64,000 nucleotides of DNA from Camelus dromedarius (Eukaryota). This document shows positions 39,730 through 53,529 of the stretch, piece by piece. The notes beneath the pieces were generated by a model, which worked only from the letters and a program-made list of their open reading frames with translations, did not search any database and was not told the origin of the DNA. Location of the stretch: NCBI RefSeq assembly GCF_036321535.1, contig NC_087437.1:111106001-111170000 (forward strand). Direction: 5' to 3'. The position numbers and the translations under genes are program-made. Positions within the stretch are counted from its first letter, which is position 1. Every line of letters starts with the position of its first letter.

Positions 39730-39950
39730 AATGTAGTGACTTTGAGCAAAGACTCTGGAGCTAGGCTTCCTGGGTTCAAATCCTGACACTATCTTTTCTA
39801 AATCTGTAAGTGGGGGTGCGTTACTCAGCTTTGTCACCTGTAAAATGGGACTAATATTCATAGTGCCAACCTCATGAGAATTGTTCTGAGGATGAAATAA
39901 GCTGACATAGACAGGTGCTTGGAGGAGCACCTGGTGCACACTTGAGCACT
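39730..39950 (+). mobile_element. MIR
   Basis: ctctggagctaggcttcctgggttcaaatcctgac...cacctgtaaaatggggactaat...cctcatgagaattgttctgaggatgaaataag. Confidence 0.8.
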
Positions 39951-40479
39951 GGCCAGCCTCCTCTGTCAAACAGCATCTCAGCTTACTTAACACAGCACCG
40001 AGAACATTTGTCCTCAGGGCTCTCTGTCTTCCTTCTGTCTTATTCACCATGTAGTGTCCCCCGTCTTCACCCCAGTTTGCTCCTGAGGCTCCAACTTAAC
40101 TTGTTCAGAGGGACAGTGGCCTGGCCAGTGTCAGTGATTGGTAGCAATGAGTTATGTAGTGTTTTAATTGAGGCTACGTGGCATCCATTAAGATTAAGAT
40201 TAAGAAAAACCTGGGGCTATTCCTCCATCACGCTTACCAGCTGTTTTTCTTTAGGGAAATCTAAAAATGCCATGACTCTCAGATTCCTCACCCTTAAAGC
40301 TGGGAACAAAGATGACATCTCTGTCCACATCTCACCTGGACATTGTGAGGGTCGCAGGTGACAGTGCTTAGAGAACTCTTTTGTACACTGCAAAGTACAA
40401 ACAGATATAGAGGACTGTTTCCATTTTTTGACCTGAAGGAAAGACTTGTCAATGAATGGTACTAGCTTTTCTGTTCTTA

Positions 40480-42200
40480 GTGTATTTTCTAGTACCTGCA
40501 GTACAATACTGAATAGGAATCTTGTCTTATCTCTGATTTTTATGGGAGGGATTTATGATATTTGACCCATAAAGTGGCTCTTGCTTAAGTTACTAACATA
40601 CTGTATCAGTTTTTAGACATTTCTTCTCTTGATTTGCTGTCATGAGTTGGTGCTGAATTTTAGCAAATGCCTGTAAAAAGTCTGTTAATACAATCATATG
40701 GTTTTCCTACTTTCATCTCTTTGATAGATTCTTAAGATTGAAACATCTTTACATTCCTAGAATGGCAGTTTTTTAATTATTCCTTTAATATACTGCTGGA
40801 TATGGAATTTTGTATCTTTATTAGTGATATATATATATATATATATATCATATATATACATATATGTGGAGAGAGAGAGAGAAAGAGATCAGTGTTACTT
40901 GAAACCCGTGAAAGGATTAGGTAGGCTTTTTGTCTTTTCCAGGTTCTGAAAACACTGTATATAGAATTCTCTCTCCTCTAAAGGTCTGGTAGAATCTACC
41001 TGAAATGCCCTCTGACTTGATGCCTATTTTAGGTAGATCTTTGAATAGCCCTTCAATTTCTCTTATGGTTGAGATTCTATTCAAGTTTCCTACCTTTCCT
41101 TGGATTAATCGTTACACTTAATATTTCCTAGGAAGTTAGTTATTTCATCTAGAGATTTTCAAAATGCTTGCCATGAAGGTCAACATTCTTACAATTTTTG
41201 CCTTGATATTTTACCTTTTTTTGTTCTTTTTATAGGCATGCAAAGATTTGTCTTTCCATTAATTCTTTCAAAGAACTAGTTACTCAATTCTATTGTCTTC
41301 TGTTTTTTAATTTTTATTAACTTCTACTTTTATCTTCCCCCATTGTTCCTTCCTTCAACTTTCTTCAGATTTCTTTTTTCTCTCTCTTCTCCCCATCTCC
41401 CCCCAGCTTCTTGAGTTGGAAACTTGGTTGATTCATTTATTTTCAGCCTTTCTGTTTTTCTACTATATGTGTTTAAAGCTCTATCTTTTTCCTTTGAATG
41501 CTGCTTTATTGAAGCCCATGGGCTTTGATATGTATGTAGTGCTCTTGTGATTCTAAATAGCTTGTTATTCCCAGTTTTATTTCCTTTCAAAACTGTGACT
41601 TAGTTAGCAGAGGACTGTAAAATATCTAAGAGGATTGATTTTTGTTGGTTATCTTTCTGCTATTATTTTCTAATTTATTCCATTATAGTTCATGAATATG
41701 TACTGTCAGAGTTTCCCTTTTGGGGTTTTGGTGTGATTTCTTTTGTAACCTAAGACACTTGGAGAATGTCTCATGAAATTTTGAAAAGATTGTATAATCT
41801 CTGTTATGTTAAAAGTATTTCTTTCCATATATCTATTAAATTGTAATTGCTAATTTTATTAGTCAGGATTTCTCAAGCCTTATTCATTTTTGTAATAATT
41901 GATCAGCCAACTTCTGAGACATGTGTTTAAAGTCACCCATTATGAGAACTTGTCAATGTCTCTTCGCATTTCCATCAGGGTTTGCTTTCTATATTTTGAG
42001 GCCAAGATTTTTAGGTTCATAAAAGTTTATGGCATATTTGGTAGGTGGTAATTTTATAACTATGCTACATTCCTTTTAGTGCTTTTCATTCTGAATTTTA
42101 TTTTGTGTGAAGTGAATATTTATATGTACCTGGCATGTGCCTTTTTCTCTTTCCACATCCTTATATTTGATTTTTATGTTACTTTCATTAGGTGTTATAA
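40480..42200 (-). mobile_element. Old L1ME-like fragment with internal (TA)/(GA) repeat
   Basis: T-rich decayed ORF2-like sequence (tggtagaatctacctgaaa, ctttcaaagaactag, atttccatcagggtttgctttctatattttgag). Confidence 0.7.
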
Positions 42201-42524
42201 TTAATTACTGATGTTTGGCCTTCTTTCTAGTAGCGACAGAGGTGGTCAGTTGACCACCACAAATTCATGCTCCCCCCTCCCTGGTGTGGAAAGTCACGGC
42301 TCAGACCAATACAGTCATGTGATTAGTTCTCAGCAGTGGAATGCAAGCAGCAGTGATGGGAGTCACTAAAGACTGAATTATTTTCTCTGCTTAGATTTGA
42401 TGCTCATTAACTGGAGATGATTTCGCACATAAGTGGAGGAAGCAGAGGGGAGGAAAGAGCTCCATTTGTGTGCTATTTCTGAACCCTCAAATTGCCAAGG
42501 GACCAGAGGTATCTAAGTCATTTC

Positions 42525-42860
42525 TGTGGTCTGAATGGTGGTGTCCCCCTACCATTTGTATGTTGAAATTCTAACCCTCAAGGTAATGGCATTAAAGGTA
42601 GGGCCTTTGGGAGGTGATTAAGTCATGGAATTGTATCCTTACAAAAGAGACCCTAGAGAGCTCCCTCTCCCCTCCCACAGTGTGAGGACATAGTGAGAAA
42701 GCAGCCCTCTATGAACCAGGGAGCAGGTTCTCACCAGACACGGAATCTGCCAGCACCTTGATCTTAGACCTTCCAGCCTGTAGAAGTATGAGAAATAAAT
42801 TTCTGTTGTTTCTAACCCTCAGTCTGTGGTATTTTGTTATAGCAGCTTGAGACTAAGACA
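42525..42860 (+). mobile_element. MLT1A-like LTR
   Basis: tgtggtctgaatggtggtgtccc...ggcctttgggaggtgattaagtcatg...aatctgccagcaccttgatcttagac...tggtattttgttatagcagc...gactaagaca. Confidence 0.85.
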
Positions 42861-43070
42861 ATGATGTCGGTAATTCAAATGACTTGCTTGATGTTTGTCT
42901 TCCCTGTAGCTGTAATTCCCTGAGCACAGGGCTGTCCCTACCTGGTTCACCATGGTGCCCCTAAAGCTCAGCTTGTCACAGACACTTCATTAATATTTAT
43001 TGTATAAATGAATGAAGTGCTGGCCCTCTTCTCCTTCACGTTTACCTTCTGGTGACCCCATCGACTGATT

Positions 43071-43210
43071 TTTTTTTTTTTGAGCGGTGAGGGAGATGAT
43101 TAGGTTTGTTTGTTTGTTTGTTTGTTTATATTAATGGAGGGACTGAGGATTGAACCCAGGACCTTGTGGATGCTAAGCACACGCTCTGCCACTGAGCTAT
43201 GCCCTCCCCT
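43071..43210 (-). mobile_element. vic-1-like SINE
   Basis: TSD tcgactgatt / tcgattgatt, (GTTT)n linker, A and B boxes. Confidence 0.88.
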
Positions 43211-46200
43211 TCGATTGATTCTTTTGACAGGTGAATCTTTGCTTATACCACGCCGATATTTTTCTCAATAAGGAACCAGGCCAATGAATGAAGGAGTGAG
43301 ATCATTAAAAAAGACATCTCCCTTCTGTATCTTTCAGTCACGTGTCTTGCAAAGAATAGCTGGAAAGGGTATACATTGAGATGCGTAAAAAGAAACTGTA
43401 AATATTAATAACAGAGACCTACATTGTGTCAGGCACTGAGCAGGGTGCTTTTTATACATTTCTTCATTTAATTCACACGATGTAGGGGTTATTCTCCCTG
43501 CTTTGTGGATGCATCAACCAAGGCCTCGGTGTGGTGAGTAACAAAGTTAGAATTCAAATCCACATCTTGTTAACTTCAAGCTTGTGTTTCCTCCTTCTGT
43601 ACCTAATGAAAAGAATTCAGCAGCCTGAGGTTCAAGGCTCAGCTGCCTGATTTTAGGAAGTCATTTACTTCTCTGAGCCTCAGTCTCCTCAGCTATGGAA
43701 TGCAGATAACAATACTGATTTTCAGGCCCTCTCAGGATTATTGTGAAGACTAAATGAGCGGATGTTTACGCTGACTTTGTTTTGTAAACTAGTAAACTCC
43801 GCAAATAGTGGCTATTTTTTGGTATATTGGAGAAGTTTACATCAGACTTCGACATTTCTAGGTTTGAGTGTAAGATTTTTCTCAGGCAATCCCCACAGTA
43901 TTCAGAGCAGAAATAATGCTCCCAGTCACACAAGAGACCATTTTCTTCTTTTATTTTCTTCTATTTTAAGTATTGAACTTTCTCTGCTGTGCTGTTTGTA
44001 GGTAGGCAAACCATAACAAAGTTTCTGTTCCTGAAATCAGTTTCTTAATTTGCATCCGGGGGAAGTGTTGCATAAGCTTATTTTATTGTTGTTCAGTCTT
44101 TCATAATCTTTGCTGAGAGACAACGTAGGGTTGTCGAAAAAGGCCTTGGTTGTTGTCACGAGCCTGGATGGAGCTGAGCCCTGGCGCTCAGCAGCCGTGT
44201 GTGACCGTAGGTGAGCTACTTCACCCCCCTGCTTCTCAAGCTCCCCATCTGTGATGTGACTGGTGGGGCTCTCTTCCTCAGGGCCCCTTGCTGTACAGCT
44301 TAAGAATGATTGCAAAGGGTCTTAACCAAAACTGAACACCTGCTGTAAAAGTCTGCACCTCAGCAAGATGGCCCACAGCAGAATCTATATTTAGTTGTGT
44401 CGGTATAATTTTCCCTTCTCTTTTTGCTTTAGAGCTTCCTACCTCCAATTATTTGTTTAATTACAGCTATGCCCCATTTTTGCTCTCCTGTTGTGGGGGA
44501 GATGCAAATAGGCCTTTTGTGACTTTTGCTGGGTCTCCTGGGCCTGACGTTGACAGATAGGAGACAGAGGTGTTGTAGGAGTACATCTTGGAGCTGGCAG
44601 GCTTGGGGGCTGGAAGTGTGAATCGATGCACAAGAAAAATGGGGCAAACAGCTGGGAAGGGAAGAAAGAAGATTTGAATCTAGGAAGAGGGCTGAGAAAT
44701 GGATTAGTTTCAGAGATCTCTGGCTCTGGGACTCAAAAGAGGGCCCAGCCGACTTGAGCGTGGCCAGGGTAGCACTACCTTTTAAAAGAAAAATGAGATC
44801 ATGACACTCTCCTGCTTAAAACTTCAGTGGATTACCAATTCACTTAAAAACAAAAGAATCTGTCCTTATATTGGCCGACAAAGGCCCAATGGTCTAAGCT
44901 TTGCTGTTTCCTTTTTCTCATTTTCTGACACTCTTTTCCTTGCTCCCTGTGGGTCAGCAACACTGGTTTCTCAGAGTTCCTTAGCAACGTCCTGCCTCAG
45001 GGCCTTCGCACCTGCTATTCCCTCTGCCTGGAACACCCTCTCTTTTTATCCAAGCGGCCACATCACCTTCTCAGAGACCTTTCCTGACCACTCAAGCTGA
45101 AGGAGCCAGCCTCACTCCAGGTGTCTTTGTCCCCTCGCTCAAACTCGTTTTGCTTTGCAGCACTTACCACTGTTTGCCCTTATGTTATAAATGGGGCTGT
45201 TTGATGTCTGACCTCCACTGCTGTGTGAGCACTTCAAGGACTAGGAGCACGGTGAACTTTTCCACAGTGCTCCCGGCACATGGTTTAGTGCCTGACTCAT
45301 TTGTAGAGTGAATGAACGAGTGAGTGAATGAATGAAGAGACGGATGGGTGACGGGATGCCTGGCTTACCAGAATGGCACGCTTTGGGACCTGCTTCTGGT
45401 TCCTCAGATTCCCCTTTGGTCATCTTGGTCCCTGGCCTCTTATTTCTCCATATTTCTAAGTTCTACTCTCTTCTCTGGCTTTTTGCTTACCCACAGTCTC
45501 AGTGAGAAGCGTCCTCGTCCCATCCTGTTTCCATGGCCCCTCGCTGGTCGGGTGGTGACCTTGAGGAGGAAGTAGTGTGGTGCAGGGGCAGGCAGAGGCT
45601 CAGGACCCAGGGTGGATTTTCTCCAGCAGAGAGGATGCTGTAGCTAAGGCCCACTGCACCCCTGCAGGAGAGCCCCCAGCCCCCAGCAGGAGCTGCACAG
45701 GCCTCACTGCACATCAGAGGCTGAGCATTAACTGATGGGCTCTTCAAGAGCCCACTCACCCCAGGTCTGGGTCCGGGCTGTGAGAACAGTGGGACAGGCA
45801 CCTCGGGCCAGTGGAAAGGACAGGGTGCCAGAGCCCAGGGGTCTCAGGCCAGATCCTGGCCCTTACTCACTACTATGAAGCTTATAAAGGTAAGAACCTC
45901 ATGGATCAGCTATAGTATGTTGTTGCCTTCAAAACAAGACAGGCTAAATAACCAAACATCATTTCAAGATAACTCAGATTTGTTTCATCTATTTCTTGAA
46001 CTCCAGGGAACTCATAATCACCCAACAGCAGCTCTGAAAATCCCCCTTCCTTGCTCCCATTCACAGCAAATGTACAACACAGGTGCTGTTTTCACCACCA
46101 CCACCACCTCCAGTGCCTAAAATACCCCCCTGACCCTTGCTCTCTCCCGTGCATGCCTCTTGTGTTCCTTCTCTCCTTCCCAGTTCTCTGTCTCAAAAGA

Positions 46201-47347
46201 CTTGGAGGGAGGAGGAAGGAAAGAGATGGAACTTTTCCTTAGTGATTACAGGCATGGGGTCAACTCAAAGCCCTAGTTTCCTCATCTGCCAAATAGGAAT
46301 AATAGCAAAATCCACTTCCCAAGAGTGTGGAAGGATCAACCCAGCTAACTGGCAGGGAGCCAGGGTCTCCGTCAGAGCAGAGAAACAGTTGGTTTTCTGG
46401 ATATTTTCCTTCCTGCCTGATAAGGTTGCCCCAAGGACTCATAGCAGAAAGGGATACCACTGACCTGGATGAAAGAAAGATCTGGATGCTGAAGCCCAGA
46501 GACAAACTCTCTGATCCCAAACAAGAAGGATGTCTGGAGGCTGGGAAGGGGCAGGGAGTAGAGGAGGGGGTGTAGGACGATCTTGTGGGCTGCGAGGGGA
46601 CAGGGACAAGGGCACAGTGTGGAGGGAGCAGAGTCCTTAGCCCCAAGCGGAGGAGGCAGAAGCATGAAGCTTCCAGCGGTCCAAATGTGCTGGACAGACG
46701 CTTGGGACTCAGGCTCCTTTGGGTGAAAAGAGATGGGCAGAGTGGGAAGGGACAAGTCTCCCCTGACCAAGGTCAGGTTGAACTGAGGGAACTTTCTTCT
46801 AAGCTGGGTAACTGGACACAGCGACAGTGACCCTCGCAGGTGCCACAAGGACTGTGATTTGTCCTTGGCCTGATAATTAATGTTTGTTGCTTTTCTCTTC
46901 TGTTGGTAAATTTCAGCTTTATCGGTAAACATGCTACCAGGAAGGGGCGTGGCATTGGCCTATAAGACACTTCTGTGACTCTCCTGGGCTGACATCACAG
47001 GGGTCCCTGCTGCACGGTTGTTGTCTGTGGCCTTGAGGAGGGAGATGGGAGAAGCAAAGCTTTCAGCTGGAGGGGGAATGGAGTGGGAGCTACATTAAGC
47101 ATCCTGTTTGGGCGTGATGCTGGGAGCCTGTGCAGTGGAGGGAACAGACTCCTCCCCATTCACAATGTGGCGGGGAGGGCAGGAAGACGCTCCTTGTGGA
47201 TTGGATGTCCAGAGCCCTGTCTGCCAAATGAAAGTGGTTGGCTCCTTCTTCCTGTCTCTCCTCTCATCACCAAGATGAACAATGGTTAACCGTAAGATAT
47301 GTGCTTTGTCTTCTTGTTTTAATATAACAAATAAAACATTTTAGATT

Positions 47348-47499
47348 GGGGGGAGGGTAGAGCTCAGTGTTAGAGTGCATGCTTAGCTTGTGTGAGGTCC
47401 TAGGTTCAATCCCCAGTACCTCAGTTAAAAACAATAAACCCAATTTCCTCCCTCCAAGATAAAATAAAAAAATTAAAACAAAACAAATAAACAAACAAA
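47348..47499 (+). mobile_element. vic-1-like SINE
   Basis: gagctcagtgttagagtgcatgcttagc...ggttcaatccccagtacctc. TSD aaaacattttagatt / aaaacattgcagatt. Confidence 0.9.
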
Positions 47500-50400
47500 A
47501 AAACATTGCAGATTGAATGCAAGTCCTTCTCCAGTTCCAGTATCCTCTCCTTCTTCTAAGATAATCTGTGCTATAAATTTGCCAAGGATCCTTCTGGCCC
47601 ATTAAAAATATATATTGCATACCTTTAAATATATTTTCTGTGAACATTATGTGTTTATAAAATACATGATACTATACTGAATATTCATTTAGAAACTTAC
47701 TTCTTTCATTCAATACTGTATTTTTGAGAGCCAACCAAACGCACACACAAACACAGAGAGAGAGAGAGAGAGAAAGAGAGAGATCTAGCTAGTCTTTCTA
47801 TTGCTGCCTAGAATTCTACCCTATGGATATATCACATTTTTATTAATCTATTCCTTTACTATGTTTTGATGTTTGGATTGTTCCTGGGTGGTTTAGGATA
47901 TACCCACATGCTTCAGGGAGCCTCCTGGTCCTGCCCTCCTCGGGTATATGGTGAGAGGGTTCTGCAGTCCCTCTCAGAGACCATTTGTTGGTCCTCAGTT
48001 TTGCGCTGCAGTGGTTCACAAATTAGAGGCTCACTGCTATTCCAAAAGCACCCCAGTTAGGCCATATCAGAACACCTACCTGCATCAGTTGTCTGTATTT
48101 GGACCGCTAATGATTTGTACCTGCTTCGTAACACATTTTATTTTTAATGAGAAGAGGGCATTGTAACAATTCTTTCGGTCACCCCCTGCTGGGATCAGCA
48201 CTTCTTTCCATGCACTTGACACTGCCCCAAGGCAGGAGGCAGCCAGAGGGATGAGTTTTGGTCTTGTTTGTGCTGGGTTAAGCAAGATTTGATGGATGAT
48301 GAAGATGAGGCCATGGCTTTCCAGTGGGATGCTGGCCGGTCCTGCCCAGGGAGGTGTGACCTCTCAGGAAACCCTCCTACTGGTCCGGGGGCTGTCCTGT
48401 TTAGTTGTGCAGGAGGCCAGGGAAACCAGTGGTCTGGGAAAATATGGAACTAACTGGTTTAAAATTTAGTGAGATTCAAGCTGTAGCAGGGAAGCACGAT
48501 TTACGCCAATCACGTTCGATCCCACTTCCACCCTAATGTGAGCATCACCTGTTCGTACCACTGAATGCTGACATCTGGATTTATAGGTGCCATGGGCCCT
48601 TTGCCACTAACTACTTGTTATGCCACATAACAGTTCTCCTGGGGCCGATAATAATGCCCAACTTAGAGACGAGAAGGATGAGGTTTGAAGATGCAAACTA
48701 CCTTGCCTGGGTCCAGATGCTTTTTAACAGATCCAGGGAAATATATTAGAATTTCCAATTTTTAACTAGTTGCTTTTCTGCAAGCCATGCAGACTGTCAG
48801 GTCCATTCTAAGGGTCATGAAAAGTTGAACAAAAAAAGAAAGTCACAGGAAAATAAGTACAGTGTGACTGCCTTTATATAGTGTTCAGGAATCAGCAAAC
48901 TGACTAATGTATATAGGGGAAATGCAGAGGTAGTTAAACTACCAAGATAAAAGATGGAATGATGACTGCCCAGATCAGACCGGCAGTTCCCTTTGACGGG
49001 GAGGGAAGGAGAGAGACGGGGGAGGGCTTTGTGAGGGTAGTTGTGTTGGTGAGCTTCCATTTCTTTAGCTGGGTAATGGGTCTTTATTTTATAATTCTTT
49101 AAATCTTGCATCTACTGCTCACACGCACTCACACCTACATGTATATACATATATTCTTTATTTTGTATGTAATATTTAGTAATAGGAACATGTATAAATA
49201 AACAACCTTTTTGAAACTATTTTTTTTCCCATAGCACCTACATCTCTCTGTCCAACTGAAAGACCCTTCAAGTCTGGCCCCTCCAGCCTCGTCACATTGG
49301 CCTACAATGATTTCATCCTAGGTCAGGACCAGTCCTAAGTACTTTTTAATTGTTTTACTCTACTTAATCCTGGTAACAATGCTACAAGACAGATACTATT
49401 ATTAACCACATTTTACATAGGAGGAAGCTGAGGCCCAGCAAGGCGAAGTCACGTGCTCAAGTTCACGTGGCTTGTAGACGGCAGAGGTAGTACTTGAACC
49501 TTTACGGTCTGATGGAAGAGTTTAAATATTGCTGGTTGCTGCCCCCCACTGCCCCAGCTTTCCCCTCCTCCTTGGTTATGCCTGTCTTCTCACTATTTCA
49601 TGCATGGTCCCACCTCTCCCACCCAATGCCTCCATGTGTCTGGTGTTCTGATTAGAATGGTCTTTCCCAAGATTATGGCCATACAACCCCAGGACCATGA
49701 AATCCTTGGTTGAAAAAAAAAAAAAAAGGTGGTGGGGAGGGGAGGGGAGAGAGAGAGAGAAAGAGTGCCATGTTCAAATAAATGGAGCAAACTTTGAAGA
49801 TGAAAACCCACTCTCAGAGAAGACAACAGTTATCAGTTATTAGACAATCTAAGAGGTCCTGGAATAAAGAAACCTGATTAACTCTGCTCAGCCCAGCAAT
49901 TCCCAAACTTATTTAAGCCCAGACCCCCACCCCACCCCACTAATGATACTTGCTGTTCCATTGGACAAGTGCTCCAGGGAACCCACTTTGGGAATTATTG
50001 ATGAGCATTTGTCTAGTCACCCCTCCTCTTTTCCAGTTTTCATTATTCCCTTCTCCTCTGAACCACTAAAATCCTTCTGGTTTGTATTAAGAACTTCAAC
50101 TCTGATTTATATACTGACACATATCAATCCAGTTTGCTTTAAGGGTTTCTTTTGTGGGCTAGGCTTTTATTCCTCAGAGGGGTGTTAAATTCCTTGTGGG
50201 CAGGGACTAAACTTGGGGTTACTTTCCTGCCTCTCTAGGCCACCAGCTGTGACTACAGTACTAGGTACTTGGTAACTTCTCAAAATATGGAGAAAGCAGG
50301 CAGTGTGACTCGAGTGATCTTGGCAGAATATCAAATGTTTGCAGCAGGAATTGAGTGTTAAAGCTTTGTGTTCATAGGTCTCTGGATACATCCAGTCTTG

Positions 50401-53055
50401 TGGGAGATGCTACAGAGAACACAGCAAATGCCTGTTTATCAAAGGGGATTGCGGCAGGGAGATTGTGCCGAGTTCCTCAGCGATGGGTCTACTGGTTACA
50501 CATGGTTAAATTCTGTATTGTGTGGCCTTTCCTAAATATTTCAGGATGTTTTCATCTCTGGTTCCTAAATGTCAGTAACCACCCTTAATCATTTTAGCAA
50601 TGAAAGATGTTCTCATGCATATTCAAACGTCCCCCTACGGGTGGGAATGCTCTCAGCTGATACTTAACTGGCACCAGTCTAAGATTAGAATGGGTCCTAG
50701 GACTAGGGGCAACTATGGGCCTGGGGAAATCATGCCAGTCAGCTCTAGGTATAGGAAGATGCAGTGCGTAGAGGTAGGCCTGAGAAGTACACAATGTTTG
50801 TTGTTTTGTTGTTGATTTAAACGGCAATTATTTTCCAAGTCTTCTTTGTAATAGTTAATGTAGTGGTTCTTCCATTCTCCCAACCATCTTTCCTCCTTTT
50901 TGCTTTCTTCCTTTCAGTTTTATTCTGGCTTCTCTTTCCCGTTACCACTACCCCTAGCTGAGGACCTTGTGATTTCTTTGATGGATGGTTGTACGAGCCA
51001 CTTAAAGGCCATTATTTATCCTGCCCCTTCCCAGCTCTGACTGCCCTACGTACCCCTTCCGAAGCCTCCAGTAAAGCTCAGACCTGATCATGTATGTCAC
51101 CATCCGGTGAATGAGTATTCTGGGGTCCCCACTGTCAACCCGGTGGAGGCCAAACCCAGCTGGTGCTGAAGACCCTCAGTCAGCCCAGCTGGAACACTCT
51201 TCCATCTTCCTGTCCCAGCCCAAGGGCCTAGGATTCTCATGGCTTCAAGGTATTTCTTCTGTCCGGCATCCCCTTCACCACTTGTTTCTACAACCTCTAC
51301 ATCATCAAAGACCAATTCATACCTTTCCCTTTATATTTTTATTTTTTCATACCTTTCCCTTTATAAATCAGCACCCTTTAGATGCCCTTCTACCTATGAA
51401 CTGGTAAAGCACACTGGTAAATAGGACAAGGTTTCTCAAAAATGTTTTGAGCTGTTCAGTTACTGATTTCACGTGGCGTTCCTATGCAACAGCTATTATA
51501 AAGGTTTAGGTGCTTTTCATTCCTCTTTTAGCCATGCAGTTGCTACTTTTGTGTGAGGACCATATCTGGATTTGGGTATTTAGCGGTGGAAAAAAGTTAG
51601 TCCCAAACATAAAACTCTTTGTTTTTCTCACTCAGTGTTGCTTTCTCGAAAAATAAAATATTGGATTCTATAATATAGAGCTATTGTTAGTTATGACAAG
51701 CTAAACTGTTCTAAAAATGTTTGGTGGTCATCGCACAGTATTTCTAGCCCAAGAGCATTTTACAAAAATTAGAGAACTCTGTTTCAATACTTTTACACTA
51801 TTCAGCTGAAAAAAAACCCTCAGTTAATGGATACGCCCAGTCTGAACAGCAGAGGGCTCTTATGTCCGTCACAAAAAAAATCAACTGCCTTTTTTTTTTC
51901 CCGCAAGAGAATAAGCACAGGTATGCACACCCCATGTCGTTACCTGCATGCCTCTACAGGTGTAAGTTTGACAGGTATAATCCTGTGCTCACAGCCATCA
52001 TCACCACGCCTTCTATTTCCCAGTGTGATTAAAAGGAGCAAAATGTGACAGGAAGAGCCTTTGGGGAAGTGGTGTGGTAACTCTAAAGTGAGATACACAC
52101 ACAAAGTGTTATTATTAATCAGTAAAATTGTGGAAGCAGTAACTACCTCACAAGACGGCTGTGAGGTTAGTGAGCTGAGGCCCACGGAAGGTACTCCGTG
52201 AGCCGGAAGATGCTGTGTTAATGCGTATTTGTTACCTACACACATGGGATGCTTGACTGCCTCTCCAGGCCTGGCTTCTCTCTAGAATCTCAGGCCTGCA
52301 TCTCCAATGTCCTGCTTGGAATTCCTCCCCAATGTCAAGTAGGTGTTTCAAAATTAATGGGGCTGAAATAAACTCTTGATGTGCTCACTTCACCACTTCC
52401 AAAAGAAAAATAACCAATTACTCCATCCTGGGTCTTTCCCATTTCCATAAATGGCGCCAGTATCCACCCAGCTGCTCAGGCCAAAACATCAAATCCTTGA
52501 TTCAGCTCTTTTTCAGTCTTTCACTAATCCCAAAAAGGTCCTGCCTACTCTCCTGAGACACATCCCGACTCTGCCTTCCTCTCTCCGCCCATTCTGCTTC
52601 CAGCCAAGCACGAGCCGCCAGGATTGCTGGCCTGCGCTTCTGCCAAGAACCTTCATCCTGCTTCCCGTGCCCCCTCCCTTGTCCTTTTCAACCACAGCCA
52701 GTGTTCCTCAAACACACTGTTCTTAAAAACAATCACATCACAGCCACAACCTTGCTTAATCCACCCACCACCCACCTAGGCTTCTCCATAGCACTTAAAA
52801 CAAAAGCCAAGATCCTTTCCGTGGTTTACAAAGTCCACCTGGTCACACCCTTCCTACATTTGCAGACTGTCTCCCAACATGCTCCTTCCCGTGCCTTGGA
52901 CACTGCACACATGGGCTCCCTGTCTTCTCACAGTCAGCTCCTTTGATGCATCCAGTTTTCAGCTTAAGCATCATCTGCTCAGGGAAGCCCTTCACTCTTT
53001 TTCACCCTACCTGAGCAATCTATGAAATACTTAACCACCAGCTGATATTACCTAC

Positions 53056-53529
53056 TGTTGACGAAAAAATAATCAGTTGATCTAAGAAAGAAATGGAAAA
53101 TTTTATTCGAGCCAAATTTAAGGATTATAACCCAGGAAGAACAATCTCAGAAAGCTCTGAGAACTGTTCTGCTCGTTAGAAATCCAGGCACAGTTATATA
53201 ATTTTTCAAGACCGAGGGCTGTACATCAAATGATGTGTTATTGACTGTTTACATAACCCAGGTCTAAGCGTCATCCTGGTGGGTCACGTGACCCCTTCCA
53301 AGATCAAGAAGGAATGTTATCTTTTAAGGATAATGTTTTATGTGTTGCTGCTAGGAGAATGTTGCTCTTTATGGCTGAGTTCCTATTTCTGCTGATGGGG
53401 GAGTTCTGGTCCACGTGTAATATGGGTACACAGTGCACAGTCGGGCAGAGAGAAGGCCAAAGGCCAGAGAAGAATTTTTTATGTTTATATGTTTCTTGTC
53501 TTGCCATAAAATATGAATTTTATTTCACA
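53056..53529 (-). mobile_element. ERV1-type solo LTR (474 bp)
   Basis: TG...CA ends and a 4-bp TSD ctac/ccac (1 mismatch). On the minus strand a TATA-like element (~53195) precedes AATAAA (~53102-53107). Confidence 0.75.

Noticed and set aside
44358..44378. CTCF-like CAGCAAGATGGCCC
   Set aside because: Spacing deviates from the CTCF core; a single isolated motif with no other support.
46137..46932. Cluster of 80-186 aa ORFs
   Set aside because: No recognisable homology or consistent exon structure; partly overlaps a MIR fragment.
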